Positions 45,807 through 56,908 of a DNA stretch of 64,000 nt are shown here, one piece after another. A program made the position numbers and the translations under genes. Numbering within the stretch: the first letter of the stretch is position 1; each line of letters starts with the position of its first letter. The notes below the pieces were generated by a model, which made no database searches, was not told the DNA's origin, and worked only from the letters and a program-made list of their open reading frames with translations. The DNA is from Selaginella moellendorffii (taxonomy: Eukaryota; Plantae; Lycopodiophyta): NCBI RefSeq assembly GCF_000143415.4, contig NW_003314293.1, forward strand, positions 1,432,457 to 1,496,456, read 5' to 3'.

Positions 45807-48189
45807 ATGAGGATCGCCGTGGTCAACTCTGATCGTTGCAAGCCCAAGAAGTGCCATCAGGAATGCAAGAAGAGCTGCCCAGTGGTGAAAACAGGCAAAT
45901 TTTGTTCTCATCTCTTGAAAGGTATGCGATCTGAGATTCGAATTTCCAGGGAAGCTGTGCATCGAGGTCTCTCCGGCATCCAAGATCTCGTCCATTTCGG
46001 AGGAGCTCTGCATTGGATGTGGGATTTGCGTGAAGGTCGGCCACTTCGATTCCCCCTTCCCGTCTTGTTTCGATCTGTGGTTTGTGTGGCAGAAATGTCC
46101 ATTTGGAGCGATAGATATCATCAAGCTGCCTAAGGAGTTGGACAAAGAAACCACGCATCGGTATGGAGCGAACACTTTCAAGCTACACAGGTTTGCTTGG
46201 TTTTCTAGATGCGTAGTACTAGTGTTCTCGTAAACAGGCTGCCTGTTCCAAAGCCGGGCCAGGTCTTGGGTCTCGTTGGGACGAATGGAATTGGAAAGAC
46301 AACCGCCTTGAAAGTTCTTCACGGGTTCCTCAAGCCCAACTTGGGGAACTTTGCGGTACTGGCTTTTGCGGTATTTGTTTTGTTCCTATGACAGTGTTAC
46401 GTTGTAGGATCCACCGGACTGGCAAGAGATCTTGACATACTTCAGAGGATCGGAGCTCCAGAACTACTTCATGCGATATCTGGAAGATAATTTGAAGGTA
46501 TGGGAACAGGACTTGGTTTCAAGTCATTTCTTAACGAAGCCTGTTGCCTCAGGTGGCCACGAAAACGCAGAACGTTTCCGACGTTCCGAAGGTAATTAAA
46601 GGCACCGTCGGTGAAGCTCTCTCGCGGAAGGATGAAAGAGGCGTGATGGAGGATGTCTGCCATGATCTTGATTTGATCGATGTCTTGGACCGAAATCTGG
46701 ATGATTTGTCTGGTGGAGAGCTCCAACGCTTTGCTATAGCCGAGGTGGCCGTGCAAAAGGCAGACGTCTACATGTTTGATGAGCCATCCAGCTTTCTGGA
46801 TGTTCGGCAGCGGCTCAAGGCTGCTCAAGTCATTCGGTCCCTTCTCACACCAAACAGGTACATGTTTTTTTCGACTCTTTTCCTTCTTGGTTTCCCTCGT
46901 TCCCCTCGACTTACTCTGAGGTTGCAATGCAGCTATGTGATTGTCGTGGAGCATGATCTGAGTGTTCTCGACTATCTATCGGACTATGTTTGCTGCCTCT
47001 ATGGAAATCCCGGCGCGTATGGCGTTGTGACGCTCCCTTTCTCTGTGAGGGAAGGCATAAACATATTCCTCGCTGGATACATTCATACGGAAAACGTGCG
47101 GTTCCGTGAAGTGTCCCTCACGTTCAAGGTAAGAATTGTTTTCGCTAAGTTGCAATTAAAACGGGGATTATGTCAATGCAAGGTTGCTGAGAGCGCTCAA
47201 GAGAGCCCCGAGGAAGTCCAGGCGTACACTCGGTATAAGTATCCTGCCATGTCGAGGACTCAAGGAAGTTTCAAGCTTCAAGTCAAGGAGGGGGACTTTA
47301 CAGACTCGCAGATCATTGTGATGCTCGGCGAGAATGGCACTGGAAAGACCACTTTCATAAGAATGCTGGTAAGTTTCCAGAACTATTTTCTCGTGACATG
47401 CAAAGCTTTTCTATAATCTCAGGCTGGGCTGCTAAAATCCGACGACGACTCTCGTGACTCGGAAGAAATTCCCGAGTTCAACGTCTCATACAAGCCACAA
47501 CACGTCAACTCCAAGTCCCAGTCCACGGTCCGGCATTTGCTGCACACCAGGATCCGGGACTCGTGCTTTCATCCTCAATTCAACACGGACGTGATGAAGC
47601 CTCTCCAGATTGAGGCACTCATGGACCGGGAAGTTGCCAACTTATCGGGTGGAGAGCGCCAGCGCGTTGCTATTTGCCTTTGCCTTGGAAAGGTAGTAGC
47701 GCTTTTCCTTGAACTTATCCTCGTAGCATATCTAACCATTTGCCTTGGCAGCCCGCGGACATCTATCTGATCGACGAGCCCAGCGCTCACTTGGACTCCG
47801 AGCAGCGACTCGTGGCGTGCAAGGTGATCAAGCGCTTCATCCTCCACGCCAAGAAGACGGCCTTCGTGGTGGAGCACGACTTGATCATGGCAACGTACTT
47901 GGCGGACAGGGTCATCGTCTACGAAGGAAAACCGTCGGTGGAGTGCGTTGCCAACTCGCCCCAGAGTCTCCTCACGGGGATGAACCTGTTCCTCTCGGTG
48001 AGTAGCGTGTTCTCTCTCCTTCTCCAGGCGTTCATGGCTGATTTGATTCCACTTTTTCGCTTCGCGCAGCACCTGGACATCACCTTCCGGCGTGATCCCA
48101 CGAACTTTAGGCCGCGGATCAACAAGCTCGACTCCACCAAAGATCGCGAGCAAAAGGCTGCCGGATCTTACTATTACTTGGACGACTGA
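45807..48189 (+). CDS. ABCE: ABCE / RNase L inhibitor (ribosome recycling ATPase), multi-exon
   Basis: Fe-S CKPKKC...CPV and [13 protein letters not shown]; Walker A GTNGIGKT and GENGTGKT; LSGGE twice; ends GSYYYLDD*. Confidence 0.96.
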
Positions 48190-48769
48190 GCAGTCCGGTT
48201 TGCTTCTGTAAAGGTTTGAAACGAAAATGTGTTTATTATATGGTTACTTACACGCCATTTGCTTTCGCTGGAACAGTACTCTCGATCTGGAGGTTCGTTT
48301 TGTGGAGCTCGAGTTGTACGCACGCTGGAACACTACTTCTCTCTCTGTTGGTTCGTTGTTTAGAGGTCCGAGTGACTGATCTCGCAAGAACAACAAAAAG
48401 AAGAAAGAAGAGCGAAAACAAAACTGTAAATCGACAGGCGACTTTAAAACATCCCAAGAGCTTACCAGAAGACGCCGTCCCATCGCAACTACCATAAACT
48501 TCTCCATTTGGTCGAAAGAAGCTAGCAACGTACTCTCGAAAACGGAAAAACAGAAGGTAGAAACAAAAATGGTGGCGAAGATCAAAGAGCTGTCCAAGGA
48601 TGTCAAAACACAATTAAAGAGAGAAATGCTTCAAAGCTTACCGTAGCAGCCATAAGCAGCGATCAATCGATAGAAGAATTTGCGAACAACCAATCGAGGG
48701 AACGAGAGAGCAAGGACGGAGAAGACACCGCCAAAACGAAAGACCCGACGAACGAAAGGAAGAAAGGAT

Positions 48770-49867
48770 CTAGAGGATGCTACAGCCGCTCTGGCAGCAG
48801 CGGGAGCACCTACAGCACTTCTGGTACCAGCGCTGATGGGGGTGTGGCGGTGGCGCCGCGGGTGGCGCTCCTGGAGAGCTTGGAGGAGGAGAGAAAAAAC
48901 TGCCAATGTTGCCAATGACAGTAACAACTGACCCGGTGGATGATTTGCCGCTGCCGGTGGACTCGCTTTCCTCGATCAGTATCCCCTTGCCTTTGTCGTC
49001 GGCGCTCGCGATCGGGGTCGGGCCAGCGCGTGACAGACGCGACGGACCATGGAGCAATCCACCCGGGCCGGTGATCTCCGAGACTGGGACCTTCGGAATC
49101 GAGACTGAGGCGATCGATGAGCTCGGACCTGGAAGACCAGAGCTTGCGGCAATCGGATCCTTGCCTGGAGACGCGCTGGATGAGCTTGGATCCTTTGGAA
49201 TCGCGGTCGATGAGCTCGGACCTGGTGCTGTGGCAACGGACGAGCTCGGATCCATGCCTGGAGACGACATTATGGCGCTGGATGAGCTCGGATTCTCTGA
49301 AATCGCGGTTCCGGCGCTCGATGAGCTCGGACCTGGAAGACCAAAGCTTGCCGTGACACTGGACGAGCTCGGATCCGATATTATGGCGCTGGATGAGCTT
49401 GGATCCTCCGCGATCGCGCTGGATGAGCCCGGATCCCCTGAAATCCAAGGCGTGGCACTGGACGAGCCCGGATCTCCGCCCTGAGTTGATATTACGGCGC
49501 TGGAGCTGCTCGGACCCTCCATCGGCTCCTTCCCGCGATAGCAAACTGCGTCGCTGGAAGTGCTCCTGGGATCAGACCTGCGGAACGTTGGAACCTCGGC
49601 TATGGCGGAATCGCTGGGACTCGAAGCAATCAACCTAGAATCGCTGTTAGACCTGGTAAATGCGGCATGCGGAGTAGCGGGACTAGGCGGAGGAGCGACA
49701 GGACCGAGAACGGGAGATGGAAAGAGCCTGGCGATCATCTGGAGATCCTCATTGCGCACTGGCACCACCGGCTCGGGCGGCGCCGCTGGCTCGCCATTGT
49801 CTCCCTCGCTATCGTTGCCCTCTTCTTGCCGTTGCTGCCGGCCAGGATCGGGAGGTGGAGGACCCAT
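48770..49867 (-). CDS. Ser/Pro-rich repeat protein with Cys-rich CaaX C-terminus (CSIL)
   Basis: 365-aa ORF with PSSSSA repeats and DKGKG, ending CCRCSRCCQSGCSIL*. Shares its upstream sequence with 32653-33417. Confidence 0.75.
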   Translation of the reverse strand: MGPPPPDPGRQQRQEEGNDSEGDNGEPAAPPEPVVPVRNEDLQMIARLFPSPVLGPVAPPPSPATPHAAFTRSNSDSRLIASSPSDSAIAEVPTFRRSDPRSTSSDAVCYRGKEPMEGPSSSSAVISTQGGDPGSSSATPWISGDPGSSSAIAEDPSSSSAIISDPSSSSVTASFGLPGPSSSSAGTAISENPSSSSAIMSSPGMDPSSSVATAPGPSSSTAIPKDPSSSSASPGKDPIAASSGLPGPSSSIASVSIPKVPVSEITGPGGLLHGPSRLSRAGPTPIASADDKGKGILIEESESTGSGKSSTGSVVTVIGNIGSFFSPPPSSPGAPPAAPPPHPHQRWYQKCCRCSRCCQSGCSIL

Positions 49868-49957
49868 TGGAAATGCCCGCCCAAAAACCCTTGATTCAAA
49901 TGACTAGGGCTCGTGCTATAATGTTTTATAGTCTTTTAAATTAATTATATAGAATAA

Positions 49958-50031
49958 GGCCTATTAGCTCAGTTGGTCAGAGCGTGGTGCTAATAACGCC
50001 AAGGTCGCAGGTTCGAAACCTGCATATACCA
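49958..50031 (+). tRNA. tRNA-Ile(AAU), probable pseudogene (3' acceptor strand mutated)
   Basis: Identical to 56083-56156 except that it ends tatacca instead of tgggcca. Confidence 0.75.
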
Positions 50032-50103
50032 TTGTTTTTTCTTGCAAAGGTCGCTGGCTCAAAATCTTTTAACAGCAAAAGAATGTGAGGGCTCCAGGAA
50101 GGG

Positions 50104-51129
50104 ATGGTTTTGCTACGGATGGTTTTGCTATGGATCGTTCTTCTCTTCTCCTCAAAGATCTGTCAAGCTGATCGGAATGGTCTCACGCAAGAAAAGATTC
50201 AAGCGGCTTTCGTGGGCGATGATCATCGCCTAGAGGTATCTCTCCCGAATCTTTTCTCCTTTGGAAGTTTTACTCTTGCATTGCATTCCAGGAAGAGGAG
50301 ATTATTGCCGAGATTGTGCTTGGAGGAGTGGCAAACCAAGACGAAGAGGTGCGTGTATCTATCTTAATCCTGAGTGTCACGATCCAGAGTTTCTTATATT
50401 CAGGTGGATGAATTCTTCCTTGTGGACGAGGTATGGAGCCCTGTTTCTCAGGATCAATGCGCAACTTACGTTTTCTTTTGCTCCAGGTGGAAGATTTTTC
50501 TTTTGAGGAGACAAAGGTACTTGAGCTTAGCTTTTCGAGAGGATCACTGAACTTACTACCGGGCTCTCCAGGTAGAAGAAATCTCTCCAGGAAAAGAGGT
50601 ATGAGTTTCACTATACCGAAACTTAACCGGGAGATCTATTCTTTTTGTTTTTTCTGTTTCCAGGTGGAAACGATCGTTGTACGTGAAGATGAGCCTGTAT
50701 TGTTGCCGTATGTCTGTACATGGGGGCTCATACTTCTAGGAATTGTGTTGGCGAAGAAGCTCTTTTTGAGGATTCGAGCTCGGGGGAGCAAGGATCACAA
50801 ACTTCCAGTCGAAAGCTTCAAGCCCCCAGTGGCCCCAGTGGATATTTCAGTCATTGAAACCTTTGGTGAGATCATAGCGGAAGCTCTGTATAAGGTAAGA
50901 GCTCCTCTTTCATCCTTGGACTTGCTAATAGGATTTTTGGGAGAAGAACACCAGCAAGCTCTCCGAGGAGGCTGTGCGAGGCCTAAGTAAAGAAAAACTT
51001 TGCGAGGTGAGAAGCCACTTAAAATCTAGTACAAACGCTCGTCTTGTTCATTTCCAGGTGATCGGAAGAAGAAAGGCCGAGAGGATTGCCCGCAGATTTT
51101 CCAGGGCCTTCATCGCCAAGTATTGGTAA
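50104..51129 (+). CDS. Orphan type-I membrane protein, 8 exons including microexons
   Basis: Signal peptide exon 50104-50235; further exons 50292-50348, 50404-50430, 50487-50516, 50572-50598, 50664-50894 (TM), ~50932-51006 and 51058-51129. All introns GT-AG, phase 0. Confidence 0.65.
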
Positions 51130-54100
51130 ACGCACTCGTTAAGAAAGGTTTAAGCTTTCAGTCGTTTTCTTTCATACATTTTCAGATGAACAAGCAACAA
51201 GGAGGTGATCTTCCTTCGTTTTCTCTTGCTTGATAGTTGAGAGCAAGACTTAAAATCGTCGACGTGGTTGCATGAGTGCGTGCTAAGATACCCAATGGAT
51301 GTAAGCTTACATAACAGAATTCCTCAAACCTAAATTTTGCAAACAAAAACCACACAAGTACAAGTCCTGAATTTTTCATCAACAAATTTCTGATATATGA
51401 GTAGAAGTTTAAATTTGATTCTTGTCATAGTTAGTAGTGGTAAATATACTCTTCTATGAAAACAAAAAGATGGTGAACTAGTTGGGATCTTAGCTTTGTT
51501 GGGCGAGATAGTACACCAAAGAATAATAGATTATTTAAGATATAATATTAATACATTCATGAACAAACTTATCACTTATTTGTGAGGACACTAAAATTAG
51601 AGAGAATATATGTTGAAAAAATTCTCAATAGTTCCTAACAACAAACTGTTATGGATCAAAGATGAAACATTAATTATAAACATAATATTAGATTCATTTT
51701 TTAAAAGCAAGTTTTGAAATATAATTATATGGTGAGTGTGACACAGCCACAAATGCGCCCTATGGCCACTTTACACTTTTTTCCTCATGGGGCTCATATA
51801 ACGCCAACCATTAGATTACACATATATTTAGTTTCTCATCCTATTAGAGTAAAAGCTTTTTACTAGCATGCATACTAAGTAACAAATGTTACTTTTATGT
51901 GTTGATAGTGTAATTATATTATTTTTATAATTTTGAATATTTGTCTTCAATATTTGCTTTTTATCTAATATTTATATTCATGCATTTTCTGGGTAGTGTT
52001 TAAAATTTAACTTATTATATTATGTTTCATGAACATTATTTCTGAATATGTTTTTATTGAAATAATGCTAATGCAAAATATAATTATCATCTCTCTATTT
52101 ATAATTTATATTTATTTGAATTTAAGTCTTTATACCAATATCATTAAGAGCTTCAATTTTAATAAGAGATGAAAGATAAGGTTTTACTCCAATATTAAGG
52201 TCTCAATGTTAAATAATCTTTTCTTTTATGAAAAAAACTATAATTATTAGAAAATTCAAATATGATATATAAATAAACTTAATAATACTAAACAATCAAT
52301 TGATGATGAATCACATTTCTTTAGATTATAGTTTACTATATTGTGTGGCTATTGTACTAAAGTTATCTCAATCATTATTATTGCTTATTATGTTTTTTTT
52401 ATGTATTAAAAAGTACTTATGCTGTGGTGCTGCTCATGCACCGTGAGCAAGCAAAGCAGCCATAGAACCCTACGAGTGCATAGTGTAACACCTGTCACCA
52501 CGCCCTCTTCTCTTCCCGGCCACACATGCATCCTGCCCATTGGCCACCATAACATTGAACCAATATTCTAGTTAACCATGGCCACCAACCTTGGCCAGGT
52601 CTGGGGTGGCCTCCCTTTTCTGAGAACCATTGCTTCCCAAAGGTGCCTTGGGCCTGGGATCGGACGGCTGTGGGGGTCTGAGCCCTTCATTCTTATTACT
52701 ATAGATACATAATATATTAATGTAAAAAAAGTGTTAAAATATATGATATTATAAAATTCTTAAACTAAATCTAAGTCAGCCAACAATTAAACATAATTAT
52801 ATTCAAAGATGACTGTATTAATAAGTAACATAAGATTATTAATAAAATTAATTGTAATTTACAAAACAAAACACATATAGCTCTTCAAATTTTCTATTTT
52901 ATATTATGGAATACATAGTTTTCTATAATAACATTGTATGTGTAAATTAAATAATATAAAATTAATAAAATACTCTTTTCTCATATGCAATTTAAAATAT
53001 CATATAAATTTTAGGAATAATTTTTTTTTTCAAAATTTTAAAATTCTAAATAATTTTACTCTAAATTCATCATTTGAAGCTTAATTTCTTGAGTAAATGT
53101 AATTAAAATTCCATTTAATTTGATTATTCCTCTTAATTGTAATCTTGTATAGAACTTTAACCTTATTAAATTTTAAAAGTTTAGAAAACGAACTTCCTGC
53201 CCTGGACCTGGAGCTCGAATATCTAGAGCTTTCTGCCCTAGAGTTGGAGCCTTTAACTGTATAGCTGCAATATTTTTAATATATATACATCATTATCCAC
53301 TACATATAATTATCTATTTTATTAACATATAATAATTTAGTCATATAGAGGTTAAATGATAAAAGTTTAAACTCTTATTTTAGAATGGTTATTTTGATTA
53401 TGTGTCATGATTCTATCATAAAGAATTGATAATTTGTATATGATATCACATTTACATTAATAATAAAGTTACTCTAGAGTTAGTTTATAATCAATTTTTA
53501 ATTATATAAACTTCCAATTATTTATGTTAATTATGTGAAGGCAGAAGTAAAAACAACATGTATGGATAAGCTAACATTATTATTCTTAGTGTTATTGAAC
53601 TATTATCTACATTTCTTTATAATATTTAAAATTAGTGAAAAACAATATATTATTTATTTTGTAATTTATTTTTTGTATATTTTTATTATCTTAGTGTGGT
53701 CAGTAGTGTTTCAATAGCATTATTAAGATTTCTATAAAAATAGTTGTACCATTTATAGTTGGAGACAGATATCCCAATAATAGGGTTTAAAATTAAAGCA
53801 AAGGTTGAATATTTGATAACATTATATTCTTATATTCTTGATTGATATATTAATAGAACTATAATAATAATTATTTCTTATAAAAACATAAATATAATTT
53901 TATATATTATATTTCTATTTTAACATTTTCTTTTGTAATTTATTAGGAAATAAATATAATACAAGACAAGTCACTACTTCTATCATACAAATAATTTGAA
54001 TTGTGTATATAAATTAAATATAAAATATTAGGTATGTAACTTTTCTTGTGCCTCATGACATTTTTCACAAAAATATTAAATTTATTTTAAAAAATCTACA

Positions 54101-54717
54101 AAAATATTAGTTAAAATTTTAGAGATTACATGTAAACCATATAATACAGGAATAATTAGTGAAACTTTTTTAAAAATTATAAAACATAATTATGTGATTT
54201 CCTTAAGGAAACTATTTGTTATTTTAATAAAATTTAATTATATATGTGTAATGAAATCTTTCAAAGACATTGAAGTTTTTTTATTCAAGTAATTTTTAAT
54301 CTTAATAAAAGTTTAAAATTTAATCATAATAAAATATATTACATATACTTTTAAAATGTTTTAATTTAAAAAATGTTAAAGTTATTAATTATAAATTCAA
54401 GAAAAAAATCTTAAATGACACTATTTATCCCATAGTTTCTAGATGATGGTTCGAAATTATTTAATTAAATTATTGAAATGTTTTGACATATAATCCTTGT
54501 CTATTCAGTTGAGTTTATCTTCTGCTTGCAATAATTATAATCTAACTCTAACTAGCTCACACAATCCTTATGATTTTAGAACATGGGAGCATACATCACA
54601 AACTTCCAGTCTAAAGCTTCAAACCCCCAGTGGATCATTGAAACTTTTAATTCGGTGAGAGATAAAATAACTGGTATGTATACGTGATCATCCTTGCATG
54701 ATATTTGAAAGCAAGAC

Positions 54718-55812
54718 TTAATAATCGTCGTCGCTGCTGCTGTATGAGTATCTGTTGGAATGTTCCGACCGTGAGTAATTGCTGGATGGTTTTAGTGATG
54801 AGGTTGTGGATGCTAACCACCAGGGAACTGGCACATCAACCTCCGCCACTGGCAGTAAAACGCCCGACTTGGTATTGGGAACACTCCGTCTGTTAAGATC
54901 CCAGGTACTCTCCCCTTGTCCTCGCAGTTCCAGGAACAGCACCATGGTCGCGTGAGAAGAAGCTACTTCTCTGCAGTATTCGACGCTCACTTCGGGAGTT
55001 TTTCCGACCCAAAACTTCTGGGTGGAGCCGCAGAGCGTCGCGTCCAGTCCATTTTTCTCGATGGATTGTAAGTTTTTGGATGGAGTTCCGTGAAAGACGT
55101 ATTCGAGAGACTTTAGCTCCGAAGTATCGGCCTGCCTGAGAGCACAGAACATCTCCACTGTGACATGGTTGTTAAGAAGAATTGCTTGTATGGCTAGATT
55201 TGTATAGAGCCTTACTGATAAGTTCTTTGTTGGTCGTGGCAGCCTCTTTAATGAGTGCTCGGACGAACTTGCAGTAGATTTCCGGCTTGTTGGCAAGGAG
55301 CTTGTTGGCTCGAACGTTTTTGATCTTTGGGTGCTTGTCCATGATCACCTTCTTGAGGAAACTCTCCTTGTTCATGAGCTGGAGGAGCTCCTCAACTGCA
55401 TGCCCGATCGCTTGGTCCTCGGAAGTCTGGAAAGAAAAAAGAAGATCAGGAAGTAAGAGAATTCGAAGTATACAATCGCATCGCTTCCAATTATCTTGAT
55501 CTTCCGGCGATAGCCACTTCGCAGATTGACTTGCTCCATGTGATCCAGATCAATCTCGTATCTCCTTCCACTGGGATACTTTTTCGAAGTGATTCTTCCA
55601 AGGGAAATTCTTGATGCATACTTGGAGGCCTGGGATTCAGCAAAGCCATGCAAATCACTCAATACTTTCTCGCAGTCCTATCAAACCTTGCGCTTCATGC
55701 GAGCACCACGAATGACATGCTCGATGCTTGGGCGGTATCTCACCCAGCAGTCATCCTCCCTCCAGTAAACTCCAGCCTTGGTTGGATCCGCGCACTCCTT
55801 GGTGATACACAT
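54718..55812 (-). CDS. Second WWE + minimal PARP-like ART-fold protein
   Basis: Same exon layout: MCITKECADPTKAGVYWREDDCWVRY; YEIDLDHMEQVNLRSGYRRKIK; EYVFHGTPSKNLQSIEKNGL...FWVGKTPEVSVEYC. Confidence 0.75.
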
Positions 55813-56082
55813 TCTTTTGCTAGAGGTCTAAAATAGCGATCACACACATTATATTAGAAGTAACTAAATTTATAACAATTATAAACCATTGAGTTAAAAA
55901 TATTGTTTACATAAATTAGAGAAAATTTGGTTTAGTTAATGTCAAAACAGAAGTTTACGCCAAGGTCATAGGTTCGAAACCTGTATGGGCTACATTTTTG
56001 ACCTACACTTTTTTCGTTCATTTCAAAACCTTATTACAGAAACTTTGGTTTAGTTAATGTTAAAACAGAAGTTTGCATGTAA

Positions 56083-56156
56083 GGCCTATTAGCTCAGTTG
56101 GTCAGAGCGTGGTGCTAATAACGCCAAGGTCGCAGGTTCGAAACCTGCATGGGCCA
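56083..56156 (+). tRNA. tRNA-Ile(AAU)
   Basis: ggcctattagctcagttggtcagagcgtggtgctAATaacgccaaggtcgcaggttcgaaacctgcatgggcca, followed by a T-run terminator. Confidence 0.95.
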
Positions 56157-56908
56157 CATTTTTGACTTCTATTGTGCTTGATCAAAATCCAAAACCTTGA
56201 ACCTTTGGTTTAGTTAATGTTAAAACAAAGATGAATAAACGCCAAGGTCGCAGGCGCATACATTTTTTACTTAATATTCAAATTGTTTACGATTAAACGG
56301 TTTAATTAGCTAAGGTCGTAGGTTCAAATCCTGCATGGGCCAGGTTTTTATTGGCTTGTATTTTTCTACTTTTCTTTTTTGTTCTTCCGTGTTCTTCATG
56401 GTCGATAGAAGACAGGACCACGCCACTCAACTAACAAACGCGAAGAGTCAAGGCCCCGTGAGTGACACTGCCTGGTAAAATTCGAAGGGAAAAAAATAAA
56501 CCTTTGTTGTCTTTCCAGTGTGCTCTCTCGCTGCTCCAGATTCGCAATGGACGCTGCTGCCACGGAAGTGTATACGCACCGATCTAGCAATTGACATAAC
56601 GCTCCGGAACGTGCCACAGCAGGTAGCGAAAGCCTCCACAACGTTGACAGAAGAACCACCACCTAAGATGAAAGGAAAAGTTAGACATAAAAAATTTGCT
56701 GCGGGAAGAATCACGCCTCACCCTTAGGAGGAACTAGATGTAAAATCCGCTGGAGTTACTGGGACCAGGACTGTCACTCCCCTGTATGCACATAAATTGA
56801 ACTTCATAGCCGGAAGTGCCGTGCACGAGGGAGGGCGCATAAAGTTTGATCGTCCCCATTGTCTCCATAGTTTGTCTCGTCTCTGGTAGCAGCAGCAGGG
56901 AGGAGGCA

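Noticed and set aside
51300-54590. Long AT-rich stretch with a small GC-rich island at ~52420-52690
   Set aside because: No ORF, terminal repeats or other structure that I could support by eye; probably TE remnants.
55926-56350. CRISPR-like repeat-spacer array
   Set aside because: Eukaryotic context, irregular spacing, and the spacers are tRNA-derived.
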